A DNA stretch of 15,474 bases from a virus. The notes under the pieces are model-generated. The model was not told the DNA's origin. It searched no databases and was given only the letters and a program-made list of their open reading frames with translations. The translations under genes and the position numbers were made by a program. This document shows, in pieces, positions 1-9,143 of this stretch; within the stretch, counting starts at the first letter, position 1; every line of letters begins with the position of its first letter. Where the stretch lies: the UHGV virus genome UHGV-0168751; one strand, 5' to 3'.

Positions 1-44
1 CACGTAAGGAGTCGTCGGCAGCGTCAGATGTGTATAAGAGACAG
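1..44. other. Illumina Nextera adapter remnant: P5 tail fragment CAC, i5 index GTAAGGAG, read-1 adapter TCGTCGGCAGCGTC, Tn5 mosaic end AGATGTGTATAAGAGACAG
   Basis: Exact match by eye to the known Nextera read-1 adapter and mosaic-end sequence; the same string is present reverse-complemented at 15424..15474. The ATG at 28 and the MCIRDS N-terminus of the track ORF 28..1344 are adapter-encoded. Confidence 0.95.
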
Positions 45-1344
45 CCCCTGGATTATGAGTTTTGTTTTAGACGACGAAATTCATTTCTTTGCTACGAAAG
101 ACTACGTCGCACGTTGCGGGCGTGAAAACTTTGAAGCACGACTCGTCAAACGAGCTCAAGAACTGCTTTCTAAAATCGCTTTTCGTGGGAAAGACGAGAA
201 CGACAACCCTATCATTAAATACAAGAACGTTATCGATGGCTACAAAATCTTCGTTTACGAATGCCTCAATTCAGGTTGTTGTATTCAACGGATGTTTGAA
301 GAAATCCACCCACGACTCCCTGATTTATTAGTCGCATGGAACCACGAGTTCGATATTTCACGTATGTTAGAAGCTTTAGAAGCTGCGGGAATTCCACCGG
401 AAGACGTCTTCTGTCACCCTGATGTGCCGAAGCAGTACCGTCGTGTCTACTTTAAGAAAGACGAAGCATCGAAGAAAACGGAATCAAAGTCGTTAACAAA
501 AGCGCCTTCACAACAGTGGCACATACTTTACTGTACCGCATCGTTCTATTGTGTAGATGCAATGTGTCTATTCCGTTCATTGCGTGTTCATGAGGGTCAA
601 CGGCCTTCTTACAAACTTAATGCGATTCTGGAAACAGAGTTAGGTTTAAACAAGTTAGACTTACCGGAGCTGCCTTACGAGGAGAAACTGGAGTGGCACT
701 TAAAAGCACAAAAAGACTTCCCGTTAGAGTATTGCGTTTATAACATCTTCGATAACCTGATGATTGTTCTGCTCGATAAAAAGACGAACGATTTGTCTTC
801 AGCTATTTCGGTGTTGGCCGGTTATTCGATGTACGATATCTTCCCTTCTCTACCAAAACGAATTTGTATTGCTTACACCTATTACCTTTATGAACAAGGA
901 CTCGTTATCGGATGTGTAGGTAGTGCGATGCGTAATGACTTCGATAATGAGGTTATTGGTACAGACGGTTGGATTGTTACGCTCACGGCGTGTATGAACG
1001 CAGAGAACGGATTACGGAACATCATTAAGGAAGTTGATGATTTCTACACGGCTTTCCGTGGTCAAACCGCAGATGCCGACTTAACTCAGGCTTACCCATC
1101 AGCAACAAACATGATGAATCAGTCTCGTGAAACAACGTTAATCGAACTGTTAAGTATTCATGGTGTTCCTGAAGAAGTCCGTCGTCGAGTCGGGATTAAC
1201 CTTACTGCGGGACGTGTTAACGCAATGGAAATCGCAACGGATTTCTTCTTGTTACCTGATAAGAATACCGTGCTGGAAGCTTTCCTACGCCGTCAAGGAG
1301 AGACAATCACCGATCCTTTTGAATACATCAAAACCGTCCACTAA
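45..1344 (+). CDS. Putative 3'-5' exonuclease-like protein (DEDDy/RNase D-like N-terminal domain, unknown C-terminal part); 5' end probably truncated by the fragment boundary
   Basis: Frame is open from the first genomic base; first Met at 55. Exo I-like LDDE at 67..78, Exo II-like N-x-x-F-D (WNHEFD) at 337..354, LG-x-x-K...W...Y-x3-D pattern with YNIFD at 739..753. Stop TAA 1342..1344 is followed by a terminator hairpin. No polymerase motifs seen downstream. Motif match is by eye only. Confidence 0.45.
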
Positions 1345-1360
1345 GAAAAAATAAAAGCTA

Positions 1361-1392
1361 CCCTACTCCTTCGGGAGTAGGGTAATTCTTTT
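1361..1392. terminator. Bidirectional intrinsic terminator between convergent genes
   Basis: 9-bp stem ccctactcc/ggagtaggg (1361..1369 and 1374..1382) closed by a TTCG tetraloop; T-run on plus strand 1383..1392 and A-run 1346..1360 (T-run on the minus strand). Confidence 0.7.
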
Positions 1393-1900
1393 AAGCCGCG
1401 TTGAAACAGTAAGCCAGTAACTGTTGCAGCTCAGGATCGGTTACGCGTTGCAACATGCGACCAACGTTATCACGTTGCGCAAAGTTTGCTTTATCCTGCG
1501 CATTTGCGAAACGCACTAACATGTTGATAAAGACAACATATGTTTCACGTTCTGCGGAATCGTGGAACCAATCTAAATGGTAGTTCACATTCGGGTAGTA
1601 GAAGATACCACGTTTGTGTTTAATTGCCGCTTCAACAAACACGTTGAACGCATCGATGAATGCTTGGCCACGGAGTTCGAATAACGTACGGAACGACTGA
1701 TGCAGTTTACGGAAAGCATCGTCAGCTTCAGCACCGTCTTTTGGTTTATTCTGACCGATTGCGCTGCCAGCTTCATCGAGTTGGGTAGCGATCAAGCGCA
1801 CTTGATACGCGTCGTCCTGGCTGTAAGTTACGGCGGCTTCTTCAGCGCGTTTTACTGCGGACGGACGTGCATCTTGTGTTGAAATATCTTTAGTTGCCAT
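1391..1900 (-). CDS. Hypothetical protein (169 aa)
   Basis: ATG start at 1898..1900 with TAAGGA Shine-Dalgarno about 13 nt upstream, overlapping the stop of the upstream gene; stop lies in the T-run of the 1361..1392 terminator. Confidence 0.6.
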   Translation of the reverse strand: MATKDISTQDARPSAVKRAEEAAVTYSQDDAYQVRLIATQLDEAGSAIGQNKPKDGAEADDAFRKLHQSFRTLFELRGQAFIDAFNVFVEAAIKHKRGIFYYPNVNYHLDWFHDSAERETYVVFINMLVRFANAQDKANFAQRDNVGRMLQRVTDPELQQLLAYCFNAA

Positions 1901-1913
1901 TGGTTAATAATCC

Positions 1914-3215
1914 TTACGTAATGTGGATCAATGGATTAAATTCGTGTACCACAGTCTCTTTACCGTGCATCGCGGCCATTGCCACGGACATAACGTTAGA
2001 GAACGCCGAGGAAATATCCGCAGCGATTGCGCGAGGTTCTTCCCCTTTATTCGCAGACGCGCACGCTGTGCAGCAGTCGATGTGGCCGTATTGACATAAG
2101 ATGGGTCGGCGTAATCGTACCACTTTACCTAACTGTTGCTTTAAATATTCCTCAGTCAGTGGTGTTAATTTACCATTCACCATCGCGTTCATTCCAACGT
2201 AACGCTTCACGTTATCCTCGGTAATCACAACCGGGTACGTTAATTTCGTTCCGCAGTCGCCAGGAACAATTCGATGGTTCTGGAAAATCATCTGGATGAT
2301 ACGTACCTGTTCACCCCCTTTCGCGGTTTCCGCACCACGAGAGAATGAACCCTCGCGAATAGAGTTGAATTTCGCGACCAGGTTTTCCATCCCTGCCTTA
2401 TCCACCTCAACCAGCGCGTTCGGAATGAGCGTGTAATGCCCACCTTCCTGGAAAGATGATTCAATACCATACATCAACATTAGCTTACGTCGACGCATCC
2501 GTGATTTCGGCGAGTTATAGAATTCAATAGATTGGTCTCCCGACAACCATTCTTTATCGAGTTCATCCAACGCCTTTTCAATCTTAACAATAACCGCAGG
2601 ATCGTCTAACTCGTCTTTGTGCTTCAACAATAACGCATCACGGATTTTATACGCATCAGGATGCACTGTAAGGCTTCGTAACGTACCCGTTGGTGCAATA
2701 CCTGACGTAAGCGGTGCAAGTTCGTGTAAGCCACTTACAAAGCGCTCAATCATGCTCGGACGAATCGCACCTTCGTTTTCCGGCTCATCGGTTTCGTGGT
2801 CTAAACAACGACGATGCATCTCTTTGCGATATTCCAACGGGTTTTGTGAAATCGCCAGATACGGTAAGCGCGTACCGAATGCGTACCAGATAACAATCCA
2901 GTTAAAGATATAACGTCCTACGGTAGTAGGAATCGGTCCTTCTAATCCTGGGTAGTCATCCACCTTCAGCTCGAACTGTTCTTCGGGAATAAACAGTTCT
3001 TGGTCTTTTACGCCGTCAGTAATCGGTTCCCAACTACCCTTGCCATCTTCTACAGCGTAGTAATGCGGCAAACCGTCAATATACGTAATATCAAACGCTT
3101 CGGGTTCTTCACGCCCCGTTGGAAACACCGACATGTTAAAGATAGCAATACGCCAGACCAGGCGACGCCATGCTTCGGCTTTACACGCAGCCACTAAGAA
3201 CTCAAATCTCGTCAT
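1914..3215 (-). CDS. Hypothetical protein (about 433 aa from ATG at 3213..3215; track ORF begins at a TTG at 3233)
   Basis: Long open frame; strong SD GAGGAGG (revcomp of 3224..3230) sits 9 nt upstream of the ATG at 3213..3215, which would lie inside the coding region if the TTG start were used. Overlaps the upstream gene stop by 14 nt. Confidence 0.6.
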   Translation of the reverse strand: MTRFEFLVAACKAEAWRRLVWRIAIFNMSVFPTGREEPEAFDITYIDGLPHYYAVEDGKGSWEPITDGVKDQELFIPEEQFELKVDDYPGLEGPIPTTVGRYIFNWIVIWYAFGTRLPYLAISQNPLEYRKEMHRRCLDHETDEPENEGAIRPSMIERFVSGLHELAPLTSGIAPTGTLRSLTVHPDAYKIRDALLLKHKDELDDPAVIVKIEKALDELDKEWLSGDQSIEFYNSPKSRMRRRKLMLMYGIESSFQEGGHYTLIPNALVEVDKAGMENLVAKFNSIREGSFSRGAETAKGGEQVRIIQMIFQNHRIVPGDCGTKLTYPVVITEDNVKRYVGMNAMVNGKLTPLTEEYLKQQLGKVVRLRRPILCQYGHIDCCTACASANKGEEPRAIAADISSAFSNVMSVAMAAMHGKETVVHEFNPLIHIT

Positions 3216-4056
3216 CGTGTTCTGCCTCCTCAACCTGATAAATCACCCGTAGACTTTTTAAAGCAGGTTGTAGAACAGTGATAGGTTGTAACCCATCATT
3301 ATTAAGTTTCTCTAAGTTCGTCGAAAGATCGGCATACGCATCGTCGAAGTCATCGTTATCGATAATCGATAGCCCTACCGTATACATCTCGAGCAATTCC
3401 GTTTCGCTGTAATCCTCAACATCAAACACCAACGATTGTTGGACAACGGTCAAGTCAGGATCTTCGGGTAAGTTTAAGAATACGAACGCAGAGGGGTTTT
3501 GTGGATAAAGTCGTAAATATTCTGCGATACGTGACAGTCGCGCGTCGTTACCTGTCGAGAGTTGTTCATCCACAGCCATTGCTGAGAGGTAGTTACGCAT
3601 TACTGTCATCACACGAGGAGAAACACGAATGACCAAATCTTCAAAATGGATATTATCGTCACCGTATACATAACGGCACATGCTTTCCAGGATATACTCT
3701 GGTGTTTCACCAGACATCACCAGACCGTATAACGTGTCGGTGTCTTCGAACTCTTCGAACTTAGACGTTATACCGTCCAGAATACGTACTGTCTCTTTCG
3801 GCTTACGGAAGACTTCTTGTGGGTTTAAAGCGACGCCTAAACGGTTACCTAATGCTACAGCGCTTTTTACAATAATCCCTTCCAGTCTTACAGTTTCGTC
3901 CGCAGGATCAGATGACGGTTGCCAATACACATCGCTTAACGCAACATCGTAACCGTAATCCATGCACAACGTCACTAAATCCAGGAAAGGCGCAGCACGT
4001 TCTTCCGCACGATTGACGGTAAGAACGGCAGCGTAATCGGTATAAATGTCAATCAT
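3202..4056 (-). CDS. Hypothetical protein with acidic C-terminus (about 284 aa from ATG at 4054..4056; track ORF begins at TTG 4068)
   Basis: Long open frame directly downstream (minus sense) of the 4091..4133 terminator; only a weak SD-like GGAAAAGG before the ATG; start choice is uncertain. Confidence 0.55.
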   Translation of the reverse strand: MIDIYTDYAAVLTVNRAEERAAPFLDLVTLCMDYGYDVALSDVYWQPSSDPADETVRLEGIIVKSAVALGNRLGVALNPQEVFRKPKETVRILDGITSKFEEFEDTDTLYGLVMSGETPEYILESMCRYVYGDDNIHFEDLVIRVSPRVMTVMRNYLSAMAVDEQLSTGNDARLSRIAEYLRLYPQNPSAFVFLNLPEDPDLTVVQQSLVFDVEDYSETELLEMYTVGLSIIDNDDFDDAYADLSTNLEKLNNDGLQPITVLQPALKSLRVIYQVEEAEHDDEI

Positions 4057-4090
4057 AGCCTTTTCCAATACAAGGGGTTCATACCAAAGC

Positions 4091-4133
4091 GAAAAAAAAA
4101 AGAAAAAGCTAAGGGAGTCTTTACGACTCCCTT
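4091..4133 (-). terminator. Intrinsic terminator (minus-strand sense)
   Basis: 9-bp stem aagggagtc/gactccctt (4111..4119 and 4125..4133), 5-nt loop, followed in the minus sense by a long T-run (plus-strand A-run 4091..4108). Confidence 0.65.
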
Positions 4134-4137
4134 ATAC

Positions 4138-4443
4138 TTAATTTTTCAGCTTAAGTTCTTTCTCCAAACCTTGTAGCTCTGGGTCACCGGCAGTAACGTC
4201 ACTCATGACTTTCTTAATCGCGGCTTTACGGCGATTAAGCACACGGAGCATCATCATGATTTCCCACCGTGGTCGATTTAACCACTCATCGAAAGTCATT
4301 CTGAAATGCTCGCCTATCTGCTCACGCAAATACACTTCCATCCAGATTTCGTACAAACTCCCATACTCGGGGTTTTCAAAATCTGATAAGCCAACGTGTT
4401 TCGTCCCGGTGTCTAGACCGACTGATAAATCGTACGCACCCAA
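4138..4443 (-). CDS. Hypothetical small protein (101 aa), questionable
   Basis: The only in-frame start is TTG at 4441..4443 with a poorly spaced SD-like AGGAAG; no in-frame ATG until residue 35. Retained only because the region would otherwise be non-coding in a dense genome. Confidence 0.3.
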   Translation of the reverse strand: MGAYDLSVGLDTGTKHVGLSDFENPEYGSLYEIWMEVYLREQIGEHFRMTFDEWLNRPRWEIMMMLRVLNRRKAAIKKVMSDVTAGDPELQGLEKELKLKN

Positions 4444-4559
4444 AAGCTCATCGTGGGCTTCCTGATAAGTTATCGGGCGCGTGCTACGTTGTTTGAACAG
4501 AGAGGTGGTATCAAGCTTAAGCGTATTAATGACATGATCCGAAGGAATCTCGTTCGGGT

Positions 4560-6518
4560 CTAGCCAATAACGGCGTATTGATCCCTCAGATACCGCTGAA
4601 TCTCGGACACCACTCGAGATAGCTCGAAAAAAACGCGGTCCGGTGAGATCGTCACGATACCACGGTAAGTGCCTTCTTTCTCGCCTTCATGGGTCTTACC
4701 GCAAGACGGACATTTCTGACCCATATACCCGAACACCGCCAAACGACTACGTTCGTTATAGTTCGCCGCAGCAACTTCAAAGTCGTACACATAATGACGA
4801 TCGGAAGACAGTTCCTCCAGAATCTGGATAATCTTATCGGTATCCGTTTCTGTGGTACTTACTTCGCGAACTTCATCGTCCTGCACAACTTCTTCAGTTA
4901 CCGTGATGGATTCCACCATATACGCGTAACGCGTTAGACGACGTGCTTCGGTGATGAGACGAAGATGATCTTCACGCTCACGTTCGGTGCCTTTCTCAGC
5001 CAATGCAGATGTGGAAGCGGTGTTGTTCTCTTCCACCCAACGTTCTGTATTATCAAAGAACTTACCTAGTGTGGAACGACCGAATTTAACGGTAATACCG
5101 TCGCTTACAAATGTCGCAGACGGATCTTTCAGGTGTTCTTCAACAAACTTACGTTGCTCCAAACGGCTGATCGTAACGTCTTCTTTACCACGCTGTTGGG
5201 CCCACAGGCTACGCTGCATATCGGTGTAAAGTGACGTACCCATGCGAATACAACGGGCCAGGTTCAAGCGGATGTCTTCTTGATAACCACAACCTTCATG
5301 GCCACAGATTAACGTCCACGGTAAGCCGCCAGGATATTTCGCTTGCATCACACCAATCAACAGCAACCAGTAATCCGCAAGGTCAATAGTATCCAGCAGC
5401 ACGGTCTTCATGTCGTTCCCTTCGCAATCCAACGTACAGTCGGTGACGAAGCGTAACGCAAATTCAACCATATGGCTTAAATAAATACCTGAAGACGCAG
5501 ATAGCATCAGACCATAAGTCTGCATACCAATTTTTGCAGTTTCCAGGGTCAGCTGAATATCAAAGTCACAGATTTCGCGTTCTAATGGTGCACGGAAACC
5601 GACAAAGATACCTGTTGCTGGCAACCATACCCAGTTAGGGATACCTGACTTACGACGACGGCGAAGTGCCGCAATAGCGCCAGAATGTTGGCTGTTACGT
5701 GGCGTAATGAAACCCACCGGCTTAGACATTCCCGGCAACTGCACACGCTGTTCCCAGGCGGTGTCTTCACGAGACAGCGCACCGTCAAACGCTTGCTGTT
5801 GGTTTTGTAAACGTGGTGGCATCATGTTCAAAGCACGATACAAACGCTCGTACAAATCACGTTGTTCTTCCGATTTAAACAGAAGACGACCATCGCTACC
5901 ACGTGGAATGCTGGAGAAGAATTTCTTCAGTTCACTACCGATAAGGTTCGGATCTTCACGTAAGCCAATCAGCGTATTGAAGTCGGTCAGGATGCGGCCA
6001 GGATCGTCTTCAGGCAATTCGCTGATTTCTTCGTGGGGTGCTTGTGTACCAAAATTCACCCGATGTTCGGATGGCTGTTCTTTTACCGCCGGTGACGCTT
6101 CAGGCTCGTGGTCAGCAGCAATCTGCGGGTCTTCAATCGCTTGAGGAACATAAGGTTCTTCGGCTTTCTTCTCTACCACCGGCTCAGGCTTGTGCTCAAC
6201 AGGTGCAGCAACAGGCTGCGGAATAACCGGTTCCACGACAACAGGTTCTGGTTGAGTAATCGTCACTGCCGGGGCAGGTTCTTCTTCATACACCGGCTTC
6301 GGTAAAATGGGTTCTTCAGCAGGTTTTACTTTTACAAGATTGTGATACATCTCTTCTGCTTGAGCAAAAGAAAAATGGGGATTACTGCGTTTAATAGCCA
6401 TAATCCCATCGTCAGCGGACAGTGTAGACAAGTCAACCTCAGGTACAATGACGTGAGGTGTGTCTTCCTGAGTCCGACGACGCCCATTACCTGGGCGTTG
6501 GTCTAAAGTATCTGACAT
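4560..6518 (-). CDS. Hypothetical protein (652 aa) with Pro/Glu/Val-rich low-complexity N-terminal region and two Cys pairs near the C-terminus
   Basis: ATG at 6516..6518 with AGAGGG SD; start is 3 nt from the upstream stop (TAATTAATG). Residues about 64-150 are PEPVV-type repeats; CGHEGC and CPSC motifs later. No recognisable catalytic motif. Confidence 0.7.
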   Translation of the reverse strand: MSDTLDQRPGNGRRRTQEDTPHVIVPEVDLSTLSADDGIMAIKRSNPHFSFAQAEEMYHNLVKVKPAEEPILPKPVYEEEPAPAVTITQPEPVVVEPVIPQPVAAPVEHKPEPVVEKKAEEPYVPQAIEDPQIAADHEPEASPAVKEQPSEHRVNFGTQAPHEEISELPEDDPGRILTDFNTLIGLREDPNLIGSELKKFFSSIPRGSDGRLLFKSEEQRDLYERLYRALNMMPPRLQNQQQAFDGALSREDTAWEQRVQLPGMSKPVGFITPRNSQHSGAIAALRRRRKSGIPNWVWLPATGIFVGFRAPLEREICDFDIQLTLETAKIGMQTYGLMLSASSGIYLSHMVEFALRFVTDCTLDCEGNDMKTVLLDTIDLADYWLLLIGVMQAKYPGGLPWTLICGHEGCGYQEDIRLNLARCIRMGTSLYTDMQRSLWAQQRGKEDVTISRLEQRKFVEEHLKDPSATFVSDGITVKFGRSTLGKFFDNTERWVEENNTASTSALAEKGTEREREDHLRLITEARRLTRYAYMVESITVTEEVVQDDEVREVSTTETDTDKIIQILEELSSDRHYVYDFEVAAANYNERSRLAVFGYMGQKCPSCGKTHEGEKEGTYRGIVTISPDRVFFELSRVVSEIQRYLRDQYAVIG

Positions 6519-6521
6519 TAA

Positions 6522-7094
6522 TTAACCCTCTGCTTCAACGACAGTATCCGGTTGTTTTACAGCCTGTTCAGCTTGCTGTAGAAGTTCATACGCTTCAGCG
6601 AACGTACTGCCCTGCTGCATTGCACGTTTTACAAAATCAGCACGGCTGTTGTAGAGTGACAAGATTTCGATCGCAGCGCCCTGAATATCTTTGCCCAGGA
6701 ACATCGCATCGGTTTCCAGGTTAGTCACCAGCAGCGTATCCAGCTCGTATTGCTCTTTGACTTTGGCCCAGTTTGCACTTTCCAGCAATGCTTTGGATTT
6801 GCTTGCCACTTCGTCAATCGCAATCAGTTTGGCACCCAGCTTCTCTTTCCCTTCTGCCATCAGGCCCACGAAAGCCGCTTTCGCTTCTTCTAATGCGTTA
6901 ATGGCAAATTCTTTATATTCGGGTTCTTGCAGCGCGTCCAGAATCTCACGTTCTTTGTCAATACGCTCAGCCAGGATTTTCATTTGGTCTTCAAACAGAA
7001 TGACCAGTTTATACACGTTCTTCACGCTATCACGAAGTGATTTCTTCGCCAGAGCACGTGGGTTATAAGCGGGTTTCTTTTTACGACGTGACAT
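6522..7094 (-). CDS. Hypothetical protein (190 aa) with basic N-terminus (MSRRKKKPAYNPR) and helical, charged remainder
   Basis: ATG at 7092..7094 with AAAGGAA SD 9 nt upstream; lies immediately downstream (minus sense) of the 7111..7142 terminator. Confidence 0.65.
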   Translation of the reverse strand: MSRRKKKPAYNPRALAKKSLRDSVKNVYKLVILFEDQMKILAERIDKEREILDALQEPEYKEFAINALEEAKAAFVGLMAEGKEKLGAKLIAIDEVASKSKALLESANWAKVKEQYELDTLLVTNLETDAMFLGKDIQGAAIEILSLYNSRADFVKRAMQQGSTFAEAYELLQQAEQAVKQPDTVVEAEG

Positions 7095-7110
7095 TTTTAT
7101 ATTCCTTTAA

Positions 7111-7142
7111 CAAAAAAGAAAGGGTGTACACAATATACACCC
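7111..7142 (-). terminator. Intrinsic terminator (minus-strand sense)
   Basis: Stem gggtgta/tacaccc (7122..7128 and 7136..7142) with 7-nt loop, followed in the minus sense by a T-run (plus-strand A-run 7111..7121). Confidence 0.55.
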
Positions 7143-7154
7143 GTTCTGTACTTT

Positions 7155-7538
7155 TTAACCGTTATCGTGAGGAACGGTTACCCAGCTGTGCCATTTCTCG
7201 GAGTATAACCGATAAGCCACTTTCGGGTTTTGGTCTACACTCCCTGCGGGGTTTTCAACCCACAGCACCCAGCTATACAGCTCGTAAGACGACGTATTAC
7301 GAATACTGGAGTTACGTGTGATGTAATAACATTTACCTCGTTGAAAAATCTGCATTCCTGCGTAGTGTTCATTCACCATGTAATAGTGAAACGCAACGCT
7401 CATCACAGGATCGGTGCAGAGTTTATTTACGACGTCTAAAACGTCGGGATACGCCTTTAAAACTTTTTCGAGAAAACTTGCTAAGTTCAGACCGGCATAC
7501 GGCGCGGTTGGCTCTGTTGGCTGCGGCGGTAGTAACAT
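7155..7538 (-). CDS. Hypothetical protein (127 aa)
   Basis: ATG at 7536..7538 with strong SD AAGGAAAG; start lies 116 nt inside the 3' end of the helicase gene in a different frame. Confidence 0.55.
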   Translation of the reverse strand: MLLPPQPTEPTAPYAGLNLASFLEKVLKAYPDVLDVVNKLCTDPVMSVAFHYYMVNEHYAGMQIFQRGKCYYITRNSSIRNTSSYELYSWVLWVENPAGSVDQNPKVAYRLYSEKWHSWVTVPHDNG

Positions 7539-9132
7539 CGGCTTTCCTTACAATATACGGTGAGGTGGCTATCTTAAACGACAACACAGAATCACTCAGT
7601 GACTTTTGACGCGCATTCAAGTAATTGCAGTGTTTCGGTATCGAGTAAGAATGGAATAACCACACAACGGGATCGAGTTCACCCCAATCGTTGTGGAGAA
7701 TCTTACGTGGGCGTCCGGCCATCTGGCGGTTTAACTGTTGGTCTTCCACAGGGGTGGTAATGTACATGTGAACCAACCCCGGTTTGTCAACCGCAGTACC
7801 CGCTTTCCCTGGTGTTGAAATAGAGAAATCCGCTTGAATAAAGTCGTCATACGAATCCCCTGCGTTATATTTCGCAACCATTAATGCATGGAACTTATCA
7901 GACTGTGCAAGTTTCTCTCGCACATATTCCGTAAAGAATTCACACATCGCAACTGTTGCAAACAACACCAATACTTTCTGACCAGGTTGATAACCTGCCA
8001 GATACGTCCGTTCTATCACGTCCCAGACCATATCCGCGTACGACTGATGAAGGTTTTCGCTAATCAACTTCCCTTCAAACAGTTTGTGGTTATACGGGGT
8101 CATCTTCGTTGCCCACCACGCAAACCGCTTATTTTCAATTCTGTAATACAACGCTTTCACATGTACCGCAGGAATAATCGGAATGGTGATACGTGCCTCT
8201 TGTGGGAAACGTTCTTTATACCGTTCTGCCAAGAATGCTTTTGATTCGCCCGGTTGGAGTGTGGCCGACATTTCGACAGAAGGTGGCGGATTCAACATAA
8301 TTCCAGCCATGTACACCAAGTGGAAATGTTCGTGCACTTCGTCCATCGATAAAAACCCGACACCTAACGTGTTATAGAAATCATCGATGTTCACTGGATT
8401 AGTCGCAGCAGTATTGATATACTCTTTCAAAAACCGCTGTAACGTCACCGTAGAGACGATAATCACTTTGATGCCACGTTTATCCAGCTCACCACTTTCA
8501 CCCATTTCTAGCGCTTCGTAGACCGCTTGTACGCCCTGTATAACCAGGACGTCTTCTTTCGATTCACGAAGGCCAGTAGGATCTTCCGTTAAGTCGAATA
8601 ACCACTTGGAAATATATGTGGGCCGATGAATCAATAACGTTCTTACCCCTTTACGAACCATCACCTTCATGTTGGTTTTCGACTTACCCATACCGGTGCC
8701 GATTTCAAAGATGGTTTGTAAACGGTTCGGCTGACAGGCCGTTTCGACAACCCCATTCTGATAAAAGAAACGTGACGACTCATCCTCTTCTATCATGTTA
8801 AAACCGTAGTTTTCAAACGTACAACGGTAAGGGGTTCCTTGGGTTAAGTGATGCTCGTAAAGTTTGAAGTCAATTGCAAACTCAGCAGCCGTTCGGTTAA
8901 TAATGATTCGTAAACGTTCGGAAAAATTCCGGTGGAATATAAAAGTACGGATAGAAGGAATATGCGCGTAATACGGATCACCACGTTCGGTAATAATTCT
9001 TCCGTATTGCTTGCCCATTTTCGGGGCGTGCATATTCTCTTCTGCCCACTTTAAGATTGCCGACTCTATAGGTCGGCAAGGGACTTCGACCCTCACGCCC
9101 ATACTCGTAAAGGTCATGTGGAATTCGTACAT
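7423..9132 (-). CDS. Superfamily 2 DExH-box helicase/ATPase (569 aa), nucleic-acid substrate unknown
   Basis: Motif I GTGMGKSKT, motif II DEVH, motif III SAT, motif IV-like VLVLFATV, motif V-like STPGKAGTAVD, motif VI QMAGRPR, in canonical order and spacing (core about 7693..8715). ATG at 9130..9132 with strong SD AAGAGGGGAG. Basic C-terminal tail RRFRRRK. Confidence 0.8.
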   Translation of the reverse strand: MYEFHMTFTSMGVRVEVPCRPIESAILKWAEENMHAPKMGKQYGRIITERGDPYYAHIPSIRTFIFHRNFSERLRIIINRTAAEFAIDFKLYEHHLTQGTPYRCTFENYGFNMIEEDESSRFFYQNGVVETACQPNRLQTIFEIGTGMGKSKTNMKVMVRKGVRTLLIHRPTYISKWLFDLTEDPTGLRESKEDVLVIQGVQAVYEALEMGESGELDKRGIKVIIVSTVTLQRFLKEYINTAATNPVNIDDFYNTLGVGFLSMDEVHEHFHLVYMAGIMLNPPPSVEMSATLQPGESKAFLAERYKERFPQEARITIPIIPAVHVKALYYRIENKRFAWWATKMTPYNHKLFEGKLISENLHQSYADMVWDVIERTYLAGYQPGQKVLVLFATVAMCEFFTEYVREKLAQSDKFHALMVAKYNAGDSYDDFIQADFSISTPGKAGTAVDKPGLVHMYITTPVEDQQLNRQMAGRPRKILHNDWGELDPVVWLFHSYSIPKHCNYLNARQKSLSDSVLSFKIATSPYIVRKADVTTAAANRANRAVCRSELSKFSRKSFKGVSRRFRRRK

Positions 9133-9143
9133 GCTCCCCTCTT

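Noticed and set aside
89-331. 80-aa plus-strand ORF in an alternative frame
   Set aside because: It lies entirely within the exonuclease-like gene in another frame and has no independent support.
1911-1921. Internal ACGTAAGG matching part of the adapter index and P5 junction
   Set aside because: It is an 8-nt coincidence inside a ribosome-binding-site/stop-codon context with no flanking adapter sequence.
3231-3233. TTG start codons used by the ORF track for the genes at 1914..3233, 3202..4068 and 4138..4443
   Set aside because: For the first two an in-frame ATG a few codons downstream fits better (strong SD before 3215; ATG at 4056). Only the 101-aa ORF has no alternative, and it is kept at low confidence.
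4444-4559. 116-nt gap examined for a tRNA, small RNA or small ORF
   Set aside because: No cloverleaf-compatible inverted repeats were seen; the only ATG-initiated minus-strand ORF is about 21 codons with no SD; promoter-like hexamers are weak.
5707-6144. Plus-strand ORFs inside the long minus-strand genes (for example 4689..4937, 5707..6144, 6691..7068, 9787..10029, 14088..14468)
   Set aside because: They are antisense shadow ORFs nested in well-supported minus-strand genes, lack ribosome-binding sites, and have low-complexity or Cys/Arg-rich translations typical of non-coding frames.
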